Shown piece after piece: positions 25,931 through 35,913 of a stretch of 64,000 bases of DNA (position 1 is its first letter; the number at the start of each line of letters is the position of its first letter). The stretch is from NCBI GenBank assembly GCA_965203325.1, contig OZ241875.1, forward strand, positions 3,456,001 to 3,520,000, given 5' to 3'. The notes under the pieces were generated by a model. That model was not told the origin of the DNA, did not search any database, and worked only from the letters and a program-made list of their open reading frames with translations. The position numbers and the translations under genes are program-made. Source of the DNA: a bacterium. Its GTDB lineage: Bacteria > UBA8248.

Positions 25931-26401
25931 ATGGGCCGTCAAGACGAGTGCGAGGCCTTGCCCCAGCTTGTCGCTACGTTGGGCGGTCTTGGACTGGTTC
26001 CTCTGGCCCCTGGTACGGTCGCTTCTCTCATTGCCGTTGTAGCGTATTTTCTGCTCTATCAGATCAACCCCTATGTTCCCCTCTGGGTTTTGATTTTCCT
26101 GATACCCGTCGCCATATGGGGCGCCGGCAAATATGAAGCGAGTGTGAACCGGCAAGACCCGCCGGAAATCGTCGTGGATGAATGGGTGGGCCAGTTCATC
26201 TGCTTCATCGGGGTCGAGCCGAGCCCAGGCGCTCTGGTAGCGGGCTTTTTCCTTTTTCGTATTTTTGACATTATCAAGCTGCCGCCGGTCCGGCGTCTGG
26301 AAAGGCTCCCGGGCGGCGTGGGCGTCGTGGCGGACGACGTTGCCGCGGGAATTATCGGCTGGGCCATCTTGTTCGTTCTGTCGCAATGGGAAGTGGTTTG
26401 A
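25931..26401 (+). CDS. pgpA: Phosphatidylglycerophosphatase A
   Basis: APGTVAS, DPPEIVVDE, FRIFDIIK, GVVADD. Confidence 0.92.
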   Translation: MGRQDECEALPQLVATLGGLGLVPLAPGTVASLIAVVAYFLLYQINPYVPLWVLIFLIPVAIWGAGKYEASVNRQDPPEIVVDEWVGQFICFIGVEPSPGALVAGFFLFRIFDIIKLPPVRRLERLPGGVGVVADDVAAGIIGWAILFVLSQWEVV

Positions 26402-26421
26402 TTTCTGGGGAGTACAGGAAA

Positions 26422-26913
26422 ATGGCGGAATCCGTGGAGGAATGGCTCGGGGCGTATCTGAGTGATAAAGGCTGGCGCATCGCCACGGCGGAGAGCTGCA
26501 CGGGCGGCCTCATCGCCAGCCGCATCACGGATGTTTCCGGCAGTTCCGCTTATTTCGAGCAGGGTTTCGTCACCTACAGCAACGAGGCGAAAATGGCGCT
26601 TCTGGGCGTATCGAAAGATATCGTGGCGACCGAGGGCGGGCCGGGGGCGGTGAGCGAGGCCTGCGCGCGCGCGATGGCGGAAGGCGTTCGTGCGGCGGCG
26701 GGAAGCGAAGTCGGGCTGTCCGTCACGGGCATCGCCGGTCCCACGGGGGGAATGCCCGGGAAGCCGGTGGGAACGGTGTATATGGCCGTCGCCACGCTTT
26801 CCGGCACCAGTTGCCGGCATCACCTGTTCGAAGGCTCCCGTCTGGAAGTGAAGGCCCAGACGGCGGAAGCCGCCCTCGAGATGGCGCGTGATGCCTTGAA
26901 AGGGTTGGGCTGA
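26422..26913 (+). CDS. pncC: NMN deamidase (CinA C-terminal domain only)
   Basis: ATAESCTGG, GSSAYF, GAVS, TGIAGPTGG. Confidence 0.9.
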   Translation: MAESVEEWLGAYLSDKGWRIATAESCTGGLIASRITDVSGSSAYFEQGFVTYSNEAKMALLGVSKDIVATEGGPGAVSEACARAMAEGVRAAAGSEVGLSVTGIAGPTGGMPGKPVGTVYMAVATLSGTSCRHHLFEGSRLEVKAQTAEAALEMARDALKGLG

Positions 26914-27002
26914 CGAATTGGTGCATGAGAGCGCTTAGACCTGGATGAGCGGCTGTTATTTTACCCCGGGAGATGTGACTGCCCTCGTGAAGGAGATTCT
27001 CC

Positions 27003-27578
27003 ATGCGCGCGTTTTTCGCGATTCCGTTCAACGCGGATGAGCACGAAAAGCTGGAATCGCTTCAAAAATCGCTCGCTACCATGCCGGCTCTCGATGATTT
27101 CCGCTGGGGGAGGCCGCAGAACATCCATATCACGCTGCGTTTTCTGGGCGACATTGAGGATGCGCGGGCCGAGGCTGCCGCAGAGGCGTTGCGCCGCGCG
27201 GGTGAGGGTGCCTCTGCTTTCGATATTCCGATCGATCGCTTCGGCGTCTTTCCGCATCTCAAGCGTCCGGGCGTGCTCTGGGCGGGGCCCTCGGAATTGC
27301 CGGAACCACTGGCGGAACTCGAGTCCCGTCTTTCTCGCTGTCTGGACGAAGCGGGGTTCCCCCTCGGCGAAGGACGATTCCGTCCGCATCTGACGATCGC
27401 ACGCCGCCGATCTCGCGACCGCCCACCCGCGGGGCTCGAGGGAGAGCTCGAGATCGCCGAGCAGCGGTGGCTGACGCCCCCTCTCGTCTGCCGGGCGCGC
27501 GAGGCTGTCTTGTTCAGAAGCGAACTCAATCCCTCGGGCGCCATTCACACCGTGCTGGAAAAAGTGACTTTTCACTAG
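27003..27578 (+). CDS. thpR: RNA 2',3'-cyclic phosphodiesterase (2H family)
   Basis: HITL.FLG and FRPHLT 2H motifs; located just before recA. Confidence 0.93.
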   Translation: MRAFFAIPFNADEHEKLESLQKSLATMPALDDFRWGRPQNIHITLRFLGDIEDARAEAAAEALRRAGEGASAFDIPIDRFGVFPHLKRPGVLWAGPSELPEPLAELESRLSRCLDEAGFPLGEGRFRPHLTIARRRSRDRPPAGLEGELEIAEQRWLTPPLVCRAREAVLFRSELNPSGAIHTVLEKVTFH

Positions 27579-27804
27579 GCGCGGCTGGCGGTTCACCTGC
27601 TTCGTGGCGTCTGGTACCACCCGGAACTACAAGCGCTGAAAATCCGCAGGCTTGTGTGGAAAACTCTTTCTCGATGAGGAGATGGGTTCGCCTTAACGAT
27701 GTGTGGAACCCGCTAAAGGATTGAATTTAGCTCATGAACACCCCGTTATCGCCCGTAATGAGAGGGGAAAATAGTTTTTCCGTGAGAATTTTCGCTTTTT
27801 ATAC

Positions 27805-27833
27805 TTGATCCCAAAGGCGGTTTCACGTATATT
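27805..27833 (+). promoter_or_regulatory. Putative recA promoter
   Basis: TTGATC-17 bp-TATATT. Confidence 0.5.
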
Positions 27834-28022
27834 TAGCGAAAATTAACTTCCGCCGTAGTTGGGAACCATGGACGGGCAAGGGGATGGGGCCTGCTCCTTA
27901 CGAGCCGGCATGAAAGTAAAGGCACATGCCGTATTGCAGAAAACGGGTCGATCCCCTACATTCAACCTATGTCCGCCATCGCCCGAACCGGTGCGCATTC
28001 CTCCATCCAAGGGAGTTTTCCG

Positions 28023-29123
28023 ATGAACCTCAAAAACGGGTCACCCTCCGAGAAATCCGAGAACCCGCAAGGGCGTGAGCGCCGCGAGAAGGCGCTGGAC
28101 ATGGCTTTCAACCAGATCAACCGCCAGTTCGGCAAAGGCTCCATCATGCGTCTGGGCGAAGGGCCGGGCGTGGAGGCGATTCCGGCCATTTCGACGGGTT
28201 CGGTATCGCTCGACGCCGCCCTGGGCTGCGGCGGCGTGCCGCGCGGACGCATCGTGGAGATATTCGGGCCCGAGTCCTCGGGCAAGACGACCATCGCATT
28301 GCAAATCATCGCGCAGGTGCAGCGGGGCGGCGGGATGGCCGCCTTCGTGGATGCGGAGCACGCGCTGGACCCGACCTACGCCAAGGCGCTCGGCGTGCAG
28401 ACGGACAACCTCATCGTCTCCCAACCCGATACGGGCGAGCAGGCCCTGGAGATCGCCGAGATTCTGACGAGCAGCGGTTCGCTCGACGTGGTCGTCATCG
28501 ACTCGGTGGCCGCTTTGGTGCCCAAGGCGGAACTCGAAGGAGACATGGGAGATCACCACGTCGGCCTCCAGGCGCGGCTCATGAGCCAGGCGCTTCGCAA
28601 GCTCACGGGCGTGGTGCACCGCAGCAACACGTGCTTCATCTTCATCAACCAGATCCGCATGAAAATCGGCGTGATGTTCGGCAACCCGGAAACGACTTCG
28701 GGCGGAAACGCGCTCAAGTTCTACTCCTCCGTGCGCCTGGACATCCGCCGCATCGCCGCGATCAAAGAAGGCGAGAACAACGTGGGCAACCGGACGCGGG
28801 TGCGCGTGGTGAAGAACAAGCTCGCGCCTCCGTTCCGCACGGCGGAGTTCGACATCATGTTCGGGCGCGGCGTCTCGCGGGAGGGCGACGTGCTCGATCT
28901 GGCCGTCGAAAAAGGCATCGTCGCCAAGACGGGGGCGTGGTATTCCTACGGCGAGGAGCGCATCGGCCAGGGGCGCGAGAACGTGAAGCGGTTCTTGAGC
29001 GAGAACGCGGATCTTTTCTCGGAAATCGACTCCCAGGTCCGCGCCGCCGTCGGAATCGGCGCAGGCGGGCCGAATGTGGTGGCGGAGGAGAAAGAAGCCC
29101 CGCGGGCGGCGGCGCCGAAGTAA
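28023..29123 (+). CDS. recA: Recombinase A
   Basis: [34 protein letters not shown]. Confidence 0.99.
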   Translation: MNLKNGSPSEKSENPQGRERREKALDMAFNQINRQFGKGSIMRLGEGPGVEAIPAISTGSVSLDAALGCGGVPRGRIVEIFGPESSGKTTIALQIIAQVQRGGGMAAFVDAEHALDPTYAKALGVQTDNLIVSQPDTGEQALEIAEILTSSGSLDVVVIDSVAALVPKAELEGDMGDHHVGLQARLMSQALRKLTGVVHRSNTCFIFINQIRMKIGVMFGNPETTSGGNALKFYSSVRLDIRRIAAIKEGENNVGNRTRVRVVKNKLAPPFRTAEFDIMFGRGVSREGDVLDLAVEKGIVAKTGAWYSYGEERIGQGRENVKRFLSENADLFSEIDSQVRAAVGIGAGGPNVVAEEKEAPRAAAPK

Positions 29124-29165
29124 CCAGCTAAGCGCCTTTGCGTTGATCACATTCGGGAACCCCTG

Positions 29166-29675
29166 ATGGCCGTTCTGGAAATCCTCAAGTATCCGGCGCC
29201 CGCCCTTCGCCGGAAATGCTCCCCCGTCGAGCGCGTCACGGAGCAGACGGCCGAACTCGCGCGCGCGATGCTCGCCACCATGCACGACGCGCCCGGCGTC
29301 GGCCTCGCCGCCCCCCAGGTGGGGGAGAACGTCCGCCTCATCGTGGTCGACGTCTCGGTCGGCAAAGACCCCAAGCAGGTCCATTTTCTCGTCAATCCCG
29401 AGATCGAAAGCGCCTCCGGCGAGCGGATCGTGGAGGAGGCCTGCCTCTCGCTTCCGGGGGTCACCGAGAAAATCCGCCGCCGCGAGGCGGTGCGCGTGCG
29501 CGCGCTGAACCTGAGCGGCGAGGAAGTCGTTCTCGACGCGCGCGAGGTTCTCGCCTTCGTCTTACAGCATGAGATCGATCATCTCGACGGCAAACTCATC
29601 CTGGATCACCTCAACAAGACGAAGCGCGACCTCGTGAAGCGCCGCCTCAAGAAACAGGCCAGGGCCGCCTCTTAG
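29166..29675 (+). CDS. def: Peptide deformylase
   Basis: GVGLAAPQ, EACLS, QHEIDHLDG. Confidence 0.96.
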   Translation: MAVLEILKYPAPALRRKCSPVERVTEQTAELARAMLATMHDAPGVGLAAPQVGENVRLIVVDVSVGKDPKQVHFLVNPEIESASGERIVEEACLSLPGVTEKIRRREAVRVRALNLSGEEVVLDAREVLAFVLQHEIDHLDGKLILDHLNKTKRDLVKRRLKKQARAAS

Positions 29676-29757
29676 AAAACCCCGTTTCGCTCGTGCTATA
29701 TTTTTTGCGTTGATGCGCTCGGTTTGTCAGGCGCTGCGTTTTTTCCGGGAGGAATCC

Positions 29758-30705
29758 ATGCGGGCTGTCTTTTTCGGCACATCCGAGTTCGCCGTGCCCA
29801 CGCTTCGGGCGCTGACCGCCTCGGCCGTCGAGCTGGCGGCCGTCTTCACGCAGCCGGACAGGCCCGCGGGCAGGGGCCGCAGGCTGACGCCGCCGCCCGT
29901 GAAGACGATCGCATTGGAAGCGGGATTGCCCGTGCTCCAGCCCGAGAAGATCCGTTCGACCGATGTCGCGGATTTCCGGCCCGACTTAGGGATAGTGGCG
30001 GCCTACGGGCAGATTCTGAGCAGGAAACTCTTGAATGTTCCCCGGTTGGGGTTGTTGAACCTGCACCCCTCGCTTCTCCCGCGCTGGCGGGGCGCCGCGC
30101 CGATCCAGCGCGCCCTTTTAGAAGGGGATTCCGAGACCGGGGTCTGCGTGATGCGGGTCGCGCCTGAATTAGACGCCGGCGACGTGCTCTCGCGCCGCTC
30201 GCTGCCCATCGGGGCGAGGGACACCTCAGGCTCCCTGCACGACAAGCTGGCCGCCATGGGGGCTGAGCAGATGGTGGCGACCCTGCTCGCACTCGAAAAA
30301 GGCGAGGTCACTGAAGTTCCGCAGGATGAATCCCTGGTCACCTATGCGGAAAAACTCCAGAAAGAAGAAGCGAAACTCGATTGGCGTCTGCCAGCGAGCC
30401 GCATCGACAGGCTGATCCGGGGCCTCAATCCGTGGCCCGTGGCGCAGACCGCGTGGCCGGAGATAGAGAACGGCCCGGTGCGGATATGGCGGGCCTGGCC
30501 AGTTCCCGAGGGGCCCGGCGACGTTCCCGGTGAGGTTCTGGGACTGGGTGAATCGCCAGAAGGTGCGGGAATCCGCGTGACGACGGGCGAGGGGGATTTG
30601 GTGATTCTGGAAATCCAGCCGCCGGGCAAGAAGAAGATGGGCGCGGAGGCATTCGCGAGGGGATACCCGTGCCGGCCCGGTCTCGTGCTCGGAGAGGGCG
30701 CGTGA
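29758..30705 (+). CDS. fmt: Methionyl-tRNA formyltransferase
   Basis: TQPDRP.GRG, AYGQIL, HPSLLPRWRGAAP, LDAG. Confidence 0.97.
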   Translation: MRAVFFGTSEFAVPTLRALTASAVELAAVFTQPDRPAGRGRRLTPPPVKTIALEAGLPVLQPEKIRSTDVADFRPDLGIVAAYGQILSRKLLNVPRLGLLNLHPSLLPRWRGAAPIQRALLEGDSETGVCVMRVAPELDAGDVLSRRSLPIGARDTSGSLHDKLAAMGAEQMVATLLALEKGEVTEVPQDESLVTYAEKLQKEEAKLDWRLPASRIDRLIRGLNPWPVAQTAWPEIENGPVRIWRAWPVPEGPGDVPGEVLGLGESPEGAGIRVTTGEGDLVILEIQPPGKKKMGAEAFARGYPCRPGLVLGEGA

Positions 30706-32072
30706 GCCGGAACCTCGCGGTCAGCGAGAAAAGCGCGCGTTCCGCCGACCTCGTTCGCCGGGCGGCGCACGCCGCTCTGCTTTCTTTCGAAAAAACCCCC
30801 CTCGCTTCCGACCTGCTGGTCGAGCGGTTCTCCTCAGAGAATTTCGACGCGCGTGACCGCGCCTTTTTGCGCGAGTTGATCTACGGCGTCCTGCGGTGGC
30901 GGGGGCGTCTCGATTTCGTTTTCGGCCAATTTCTGGAAAAACCGAAACTTGCCCCTCCCGCCCGCGAAGCCTTGAGGCTGGGGACCTATCAGCTTTTGTT
31001 CATGGACCGCGTGCCCGCGCACGGCGCTGTGGGCGGCGCGGTTTCCCTGTTGGATCGCCCGAATCTCGGCTGGGCGAAGGGGCTGGTGAACGCGGTGTTG
31101 CGCAAGGTGGCGGCGCATGAGGTCGCACCGCCCGAGAACCCGGAAGACTACCTCACGATCTGGGAGTCCCACCCGCGCTGGCTGGTGAGACGCTGGATGC
31201 GGGGGCTGGGCGAAGAGGAGGCGCGAAAAAGATGCCAGGCGGACAACGAGGAGGCCCCGGTCGTCTTTCGCGTAAATCCGCTGGCGTCGAACGCCCGGAG
31301 TCTGATGGCCGAATTAAGAAGCGAGGGCGTCGCCACGCGGCCCGGATGCGTAGATCCGGATTGTCTGGTTTTTCTGCCGGATGAGAGCGCGGCCGGGCTG
31401 CGCTTCAGCGATACGGTTGCCTGGCGGGAGGGCAAATTCATCGTGGTGGATGAGAGTTCGAGCCTGGTGTCGCGTTTCGCAGGCGCCGGGGAGGGAGAGC
31501 GGATTCTCGACGCCTGCGCGGCCCCCGGCGGAAAAACGGCTTGCCTCGACTGGGCGGCGGGAGAGAACGGGCGCGTCGTTGCGGGGGAGAGGTCGCCTCG
31601 CCGCCTCGCTCTTCTCGAGCGCAATTGTGTTAGGATTCGGGCGGATGTGCGGCTCTTGAGGATGGATGCGATGGAGCCGCCTTTTCATGAAGCGTTCGAC
31701 CTCGTTCTCGTGGATGCGCCGTGCAGTGGACTGGGGGTTTTCAGGCGTCATCCCGATGCCAGGTGGCGGCTTGAGGAAGCGGACCTGGCCGCGCAGGCGG
31801 GGCGGCAGAAGGAGCTGTTGCAAGGTGCTGCCCGTGCGGTGCGCCCCGGCGGCAGGCTGGTGTATTCGGTTTGTACGAACGAGCCGGAGGAAACGGAAGA
31901 GGTGGCGGCTTCGTTTCGAGAGCCCGGCTTCGCCCCCATGCGCGATGGGGGCGCTCTTCCCGAAGGCGCGGAACGGTATCTGAAGCCGGACGGGAGCTTG
32001 AGGATAACGCCGGGAGACGGGCTGGACGGTTTTTTCGCCATGTGTTGGCGCAAAGAGGGCGGGAATTGCTGA
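30702..32072 (+). CDS. rsmB: 16S rRNA m5C967 methyltransferase
   Basis: NusB-like N-terminus, DACAAPGGKT, DAPCSG, YSVCT. Confidence 0.93.
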   Translation: MSRNLAVSEKSARSADLVRRAAHAALLSFEKTPLASDLLVERFSSENFDARDRAFLRELIYGVLRWRGRLDFVFGQFLEKPKLAPPAREALRLGTYQLLFMDRVPAHGAVGGAVSLLDRPNLGWAKGLVNAVLRKVAAHEVAPPENPEDYLTIWESHPRWLVRRWMRGLGEEEARKRCQADNEEAPVVFRVNPLASNARSLMAELRSEGVATRPGCVDPDCLVFLPDESAAGLRFSDTVAWREGKFIVVDESSSLVSRFAGAGEGERILDACAAPGGKTACLDWAAGENGRVVAGERSPRRLALLERNCVRIRADVRLLRMDAMEPPFHEAFDLVLVDAPCSGLGVFRRHPDARWRLEEADLAAQAGRQKELLQGAARAVRPGGRLVYSVCTNEPEETEEVAASFREPGFAPMRDGGALPEGAERYLKPDGSLRITPGDGLDGFFAMCWRKEGGNC

Positions 32073-33004
32073 AAGGGATACTGAAGGGCATTTTCTGGTT
32101 CGTGTTTCTGGTCGCCTTGGGCGGTGCCGGGGGCGCCGCGGGCCTCTACGTCTTCCGGGGGGGAGAGGGCGTCTTCCTGCCCCGGGTCACGGGCCTCGAC
32201 GTGGTTCGCGCGCTGGAACTGCTGGGCGAGAAGGGGATTCCCATGCAGGTCACCGGGCGCGCCTTCAGCGATTCGGTGTCCATGAACCACGTCGTGCGCC
32301 AGAACCCACCCGGCGGGCGACGCATACGAAAGGGAAGAATCGTATCGCTGGTTCTCAGCAAGGGCCGGCGGGACGTGACGGTGCCGGCGGTGGTGGGGGA
32401 GAACCTGGTTCGCGCGGAGACTCTCATCCGCCTGGAAGGCCTTCGCGTCCGGCTGGTGGAGCGGTTGTACGATCCCGGGAAACCCATCGATCAGGTTCTG
32501 GGCGTCTGGCCGAACGAGGGTGAAAACATCCGGCGCGGCGAGGGCGTGGTGCTCGTCGTGAGCCAGGGTCCCAGAGAGCGGGCCTACGTCATGCCTGCCC
32601 TGATCGGGGAGCCCGTCAACAACGCCCTCGACAAGGTCCGCGCGCTCGGCCTGAACGTCGGGCGCGTGCGCTACGTGGACCGCCCGGGATCGCTCAGGGG
32701 TTCCATCGTCTCGCAGATTCCGCCGCACGGGCGGCGCGTTCTGGCGGGCCACCGCGTGCACGTGGACGTGGCGCGCGGGGCGGACCAGATGGCGGGAAAT
32801 TTCATCGTCCTGCGCTACCGCGTGCCGCACGGGAAGCCCAGGCGCGCGCTTCGCGTGGAACTCGAATCGAACGGCGAGAAGCGCGAGGCGCTCTCCCGCG
32901 AGGTGAGCGCGGGCGAGGAGATTCACCTGCTGGTGCGGGTGAAGGGCGCGGCGAGAGCGCGCATATTCCTGGACGGCCTGCTGGTCGAAGAACAAACGCA
33001 TTAG
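32066..33004 (+). CDS. Membrane-anchored PASTA-domain protein (three PASTA repeats, no kinase)
   Basis: N-terminal TM helix, then repeats starting LPRVTG, VPAVVG and MPALIG, each ending in a V.L.VS.G-like strand. Confidence 0.85.
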   Translation: MLKGILKGIFWFVFLVALGGAGGAAGLYVFRGGEGVFLPRVTGLDVVRALELLGEKGIPMQVTGRAFSDSVSMNHVVRQNPPGGRRIRKGRIVSLVLSKGRRDVTVPAVVGENLVRAETLIRLEGLRVRLVERLYDPGKPIDQVLGVWPNEGENIRRGEGVVLVVSQGPRERAYVMPALIGEPVNNALDKVRALGLNVGRVRYVDRPGSLRGSIVSQIPPHGRRVLAGHRVHVDVARGADQMAGNFIVLRYRVPHGKPRRALRVELESNGEKREALSREVSAGEEIHLLVRVKGAARARIFLDGLLVEEQTH

Positions 33005-33295
33005 GGGATCGTTGAAAAAGCCTCGCTAGGGGCGGGCGGTATCGGGGGTTACGCGGCGGTTCTTCTTTCTGCCGCGCAGGTGGCCACAAAACCTCATCCT
33101 GAGTAGGCGCGAAAGCGCCGTATCGAAGGATGGGGGGTGCATCCCTCCGGCGGGCGCGAATTTCGCCCTTCGATACGCCGCCTTCGGCGGCTACTCAGGG
33201 TGAGGGGTGCCGGGGAACGGCGGAGCCTGCCCCGAGCGAAGTCGAGGGACCGCTACTCAGGATGAGAGAGATGTGAGGGTTTTTTAGGCAGCCTC
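33004..33295. mobile_element. MITE-like element carrying palindromic repeats
   Basis: Ends GGGATCGTTGAAAAAGCCTC and GAGGGTTTTTTAGGCAGCCTC; CATTAG direct repeat at 32999-33004 and 33295-33300; internal palindrome at 33092-33205. Confidence 0.6.
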
Positions 33296-33313
33296 ATTAG
33301 GGAAGGAATCGAC

Positions 33314-33991
33314 ATGGCGAAGCCCGATATGGCGCCCGGCGGAATCCGGGTCGCGCCCTCTTTGCTCTCGTGCGCTTTCGAGCGGATGGGCGAGGAGATA
33401 GCGGCGGTGCGCGAAGCCGGGGCCGACTGGCTGCATTTCGACGTGATGGACGGCCGTTTCGTGCCGAACATCTCCGTGGGGCCGCTGGGCGTCGAGGCGG
33501 CCAGAAGAGCCGCACCGGACATGGTGCTCGACGTGCACTTGATGATCGCGGATCCGGATCGCTATATCGATGCGTTCGCCGATGCGGGCGCGGACATCCT
33601 GACGGTGCACGTGGAGGCGCCGAGGCACGTCCACCGCACCCTCCAGAGCATTCGCGCGCGCGGCCTGGGCGTCGGGCTGACGCTCAACCCCGGAACGCCG
33701 CTTTCGGCGGTGGAGGGTCTGCTCCCGCAGGTGGACATGGTCCTCGTCATGAGCGTCAACCCGGGTTTCGGCGGCCAGAAATTCATACCGGCTTCGCTTG
33801 AGCGGATTCGCCGCCTGAGAGAGATGATCGAGGCGGGGGGCCTGTCGGTTCTGATAGAGGTCGACGGCGGCGTGACGCCGGAGAATACGGCGGAAATACG
33901 CGCGGCGGGCGCGGAAGTGCTGGTGGCCGGTTCCGCCGTATTCGGCGCGGAAGACTACGCCGAGGCCATACGCGGCATCCGGGGCGGGTGA
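33314..33991 (+). CDS. rpe: Ribulose-phosphate 3-epimerase
   Basis: HFDVMDG.FVPN, DVHLM, MSVNPGFGGQ, VDGG. Confidence 0.97.
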   Translation: MAKPDMAPGGIRVAPSLLSCAFERMGEEIAAVREAGADWLHFDVMDGRFVPNISVGPLGVEAARRAAPDMVLDVHLMIADPDRYIDAFADAGADILTVHVEAPRHVHRTLQSIRARGLGVGLTLNPGTPLSAVEGLLPQVDMVLVMSVNPGFGGQKFIPASLERIRRLREMIEAGGLSVLIEVDGGVTPENTAEIRAAGAEVLVAGSAVFGAEDYAEAIRGIRGG

Positions 33992-34041
33992 AAAGGCCTG
34001 ATGAATGAGGGTCTCACGCGACTAGGGAGGCGACGGTTTGT

Positions 34042-34110
34042 GTAGGGGCCGCATATATGCGGCCCTTGTGGTGGGTGAAAAAATCCGGGTCGCATATATG
34101 CGACCCCTAC
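34042..34110. repeat. GTAG-family REP doublet (REPIN-like)
   Basis: GTAGGGGCCGCATATATGCGGCCC and its inverted copy GGGTCGCATATATGCGACCCCTAC. Confidence 0.8.
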
Positions 34111-34210
34111 ACATAAACAAATTTTCCCTCTCCGGCTTTTCAACAACCCCCTCAAAGGGGAGTGAGAAAAACCCGAGCGGGAGAGAGTGGCCACCCCCAT
34201 CCACACGCGG

Positions 34211-34240
34211 TTGACACTCGCCGCATAAAATCCTTATAAG
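34211..34240 (+). promoter_or_regulatory. Putative ffh operon promoter
   Basis: TTGACA(34211)-18 bp-TATAAG. Confidence 0.45.
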
Positions 34241-34312
34241 TTGGGTTTCCGCACCCGGCCTGGCGGGTGGAAAATCGTAAACATATTGAATATCAACCAG
34301 TTGGGGTGTTCG

Positions 34313-35647
34313 ATGTTCGACGGCTTGAAAGAGCGCCTGGGCGGGATCTTCAAGGACCTGAGAAGCCGGGGCGTTTTGGGAGAAAAAGAGGTCGATTCCG
34401 CGCTCCGCGAGATTCGCCTGGCCCTGCTCGAAGCCGACGTGAACTTCCGGGTCGCCAAGGATCTGGTGGCGAAAATCCGCGAGGATCTCCTCGGCGCCGA
34501 GCGCGTCGCGCACCTGGACCCCTCCCAGCAGGTCATCAAGGCGGTCCAGGGGCGTCTCACCGAACTCATGGGGGCGAAGAGCGCGCCGCTCGAGCGCGCC
34601 GCGAGCGGCGTCACCACGGTGATGCTCGTGGGTCTCCAGGGTTCGGGAAAAACGACGACGGCCGGCAAGATCGCCCTCAGGCTTAAGAGTAAGGGAATGC
34701 GCGTATTGCTCGTCCCCGCGGACGTAGCACGCCCCGCCGCCATCACCCAGCTCAAGCGGCTGGCCGAGCAGACGGGCGCCGACGCGTTCGATTCGGAAGG
34801 TATGCCGGACCCCGTGGAGATCGTCCGCCGGGCCGGTGAAAGAGCCCGTTTGGAGCATTTCGATTACTGCATCGTGGACAGCGCGGGCCGGCTGCACGTC
34901 GATGACGCCTTGATGGACGAGTTGAAGCAGATGAAAGAAGCGGCGCGGCCCGATGAGGTGCTCCTGGTCGCGGACGCCATGACGGGCCAGGAAGCGGTGA
35001 ACCTGGGCGCGGCGTTTTCCGAGCGCATCGGCATCACGGGCGTCGTGCTGACGAAGCTCGACGGCGACGCCAGAGGGGGCGGCGCGCTTTCGCTTCGCTC
35101 GGTGACGGGCGTGCCCGTCAAGATGGCCGGTGTGGGCGAGAAGCTCGACGCGCTCGAGGATTTTCATCCCGAGAGAATGGCGTCGCGCATTCTGGGGATG
35201 GGAGACGTCATGTCCCTCATCGAGAAGGCCGAAGCCGCCATCTCTCCCGATGATGCGAGGTCCATGGTGGAATCCCTCGGCAAGGGGAATTTCACCCTCG
35301 TGAGCATGAAAGAGCAGATCCTCCAGATGCGGAAGATGGGTTCGATGGGCGATGTCCTGTCCATGATACCGGGGCTGGGAAACAGGATGCCCGACGTGGA
35401 TATCGACGAGAAAGAACTCACGCGCACGGTGGCCATCATCGATTCGATGACGCCCGCCGAGCGGGTGAAGCCCGAGATCATCAAGGGCAGCCGCAGGAAG
35501 CGCATCGCCGCCGGGAGCGGAACCCGGGTGCAGGACGTGAACCGGCTGCTCAAGCAATTCGCGCAGACACAGAAGCTGATGAAGCAATTTTCCAGGGGCG
35601 GCAAGAAAAAACAGATGCAGAGAATGCGTCAAATGCTAAATTTCTAG
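34313..35647 (+). CDS. ffh: Signal recognition particle protein
   Basis: [24 protein letters not shown], Met-rich M domain; start at ATG 34313. Confidence 0.98.
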   Translation: MFDGLKERLGGIFKDLRSRGVLGEKEVDSALREIRLALLEADVNFRVAKDLVAKIREDLLGAERVAHLDPSQQVIKAVQGRLTELMGAKSAPLERAASGVTTVMLVGLQGSGKTTTAGKIALRLKSKGMRVLLVPADVARPAAITQLKRLAEQTGADAFDSEGMPDPVEIVRRAGERARLEHFDYCIVDSAGRLHVDDALMDELKQMKEAARPDEVLLVADAMTGQEAVNLGAAFSERIGITGVVLTKLDGDARGGGALSLRSVTGVPVKMAGVGEKLDALEDFHPERMASRILGMGDVMSLIEKAEAAISPDDARSMVESLGKGNFTLVSMKEQILQMRKMGSMGDVLSMIPGLGNRMPDVDIDEKELTRTVAIIDSMTPAERVKPEIIKGSRRKRIAAGSGTRVQDVNRLLKQFAQTQKLMKQFSRGGKKKQMQRMRQMLNF

Positions 35648-35658
35648 GGAGAGAGACT

Positions 35659-35904
35659 TTGGCCGTAAAAATCAGACTTGCCCGCGGGGGCATGAAAAAA
35701 GCGCCGCGTTACCGCGTCGTCGTCCAGGACGAGCGCATGCCGCGCGATGGCCGTTTCATCGAAAGCATCGGCCGCTACGATCCGTCGGAAGACCCTGCAT
35801 TCGTTCATATCGATCTCGAGAAGGCGAAGGCCTGGATGGAAAAGGGCGCCATCCCCACAAGGACGGTCAGGAACCTTCTCGACAGGGCGGGCATCGACGA
35901 TTAG
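35659..35904 (+). CDS. rpsP: 30S ribosomal protein S16
   Basis: [25 protein letters not shown]. Confidence 0.97.
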   Translation: MAVKIRLARGGMKKAPRYRVVVQDERMPRDGRFIESIGRYDPSEDPAFVHIDLEKAKAWMEKGAIPTRTVRNLLDRAGIDD

Positions 35905-35913
35905 GGAAACCCC

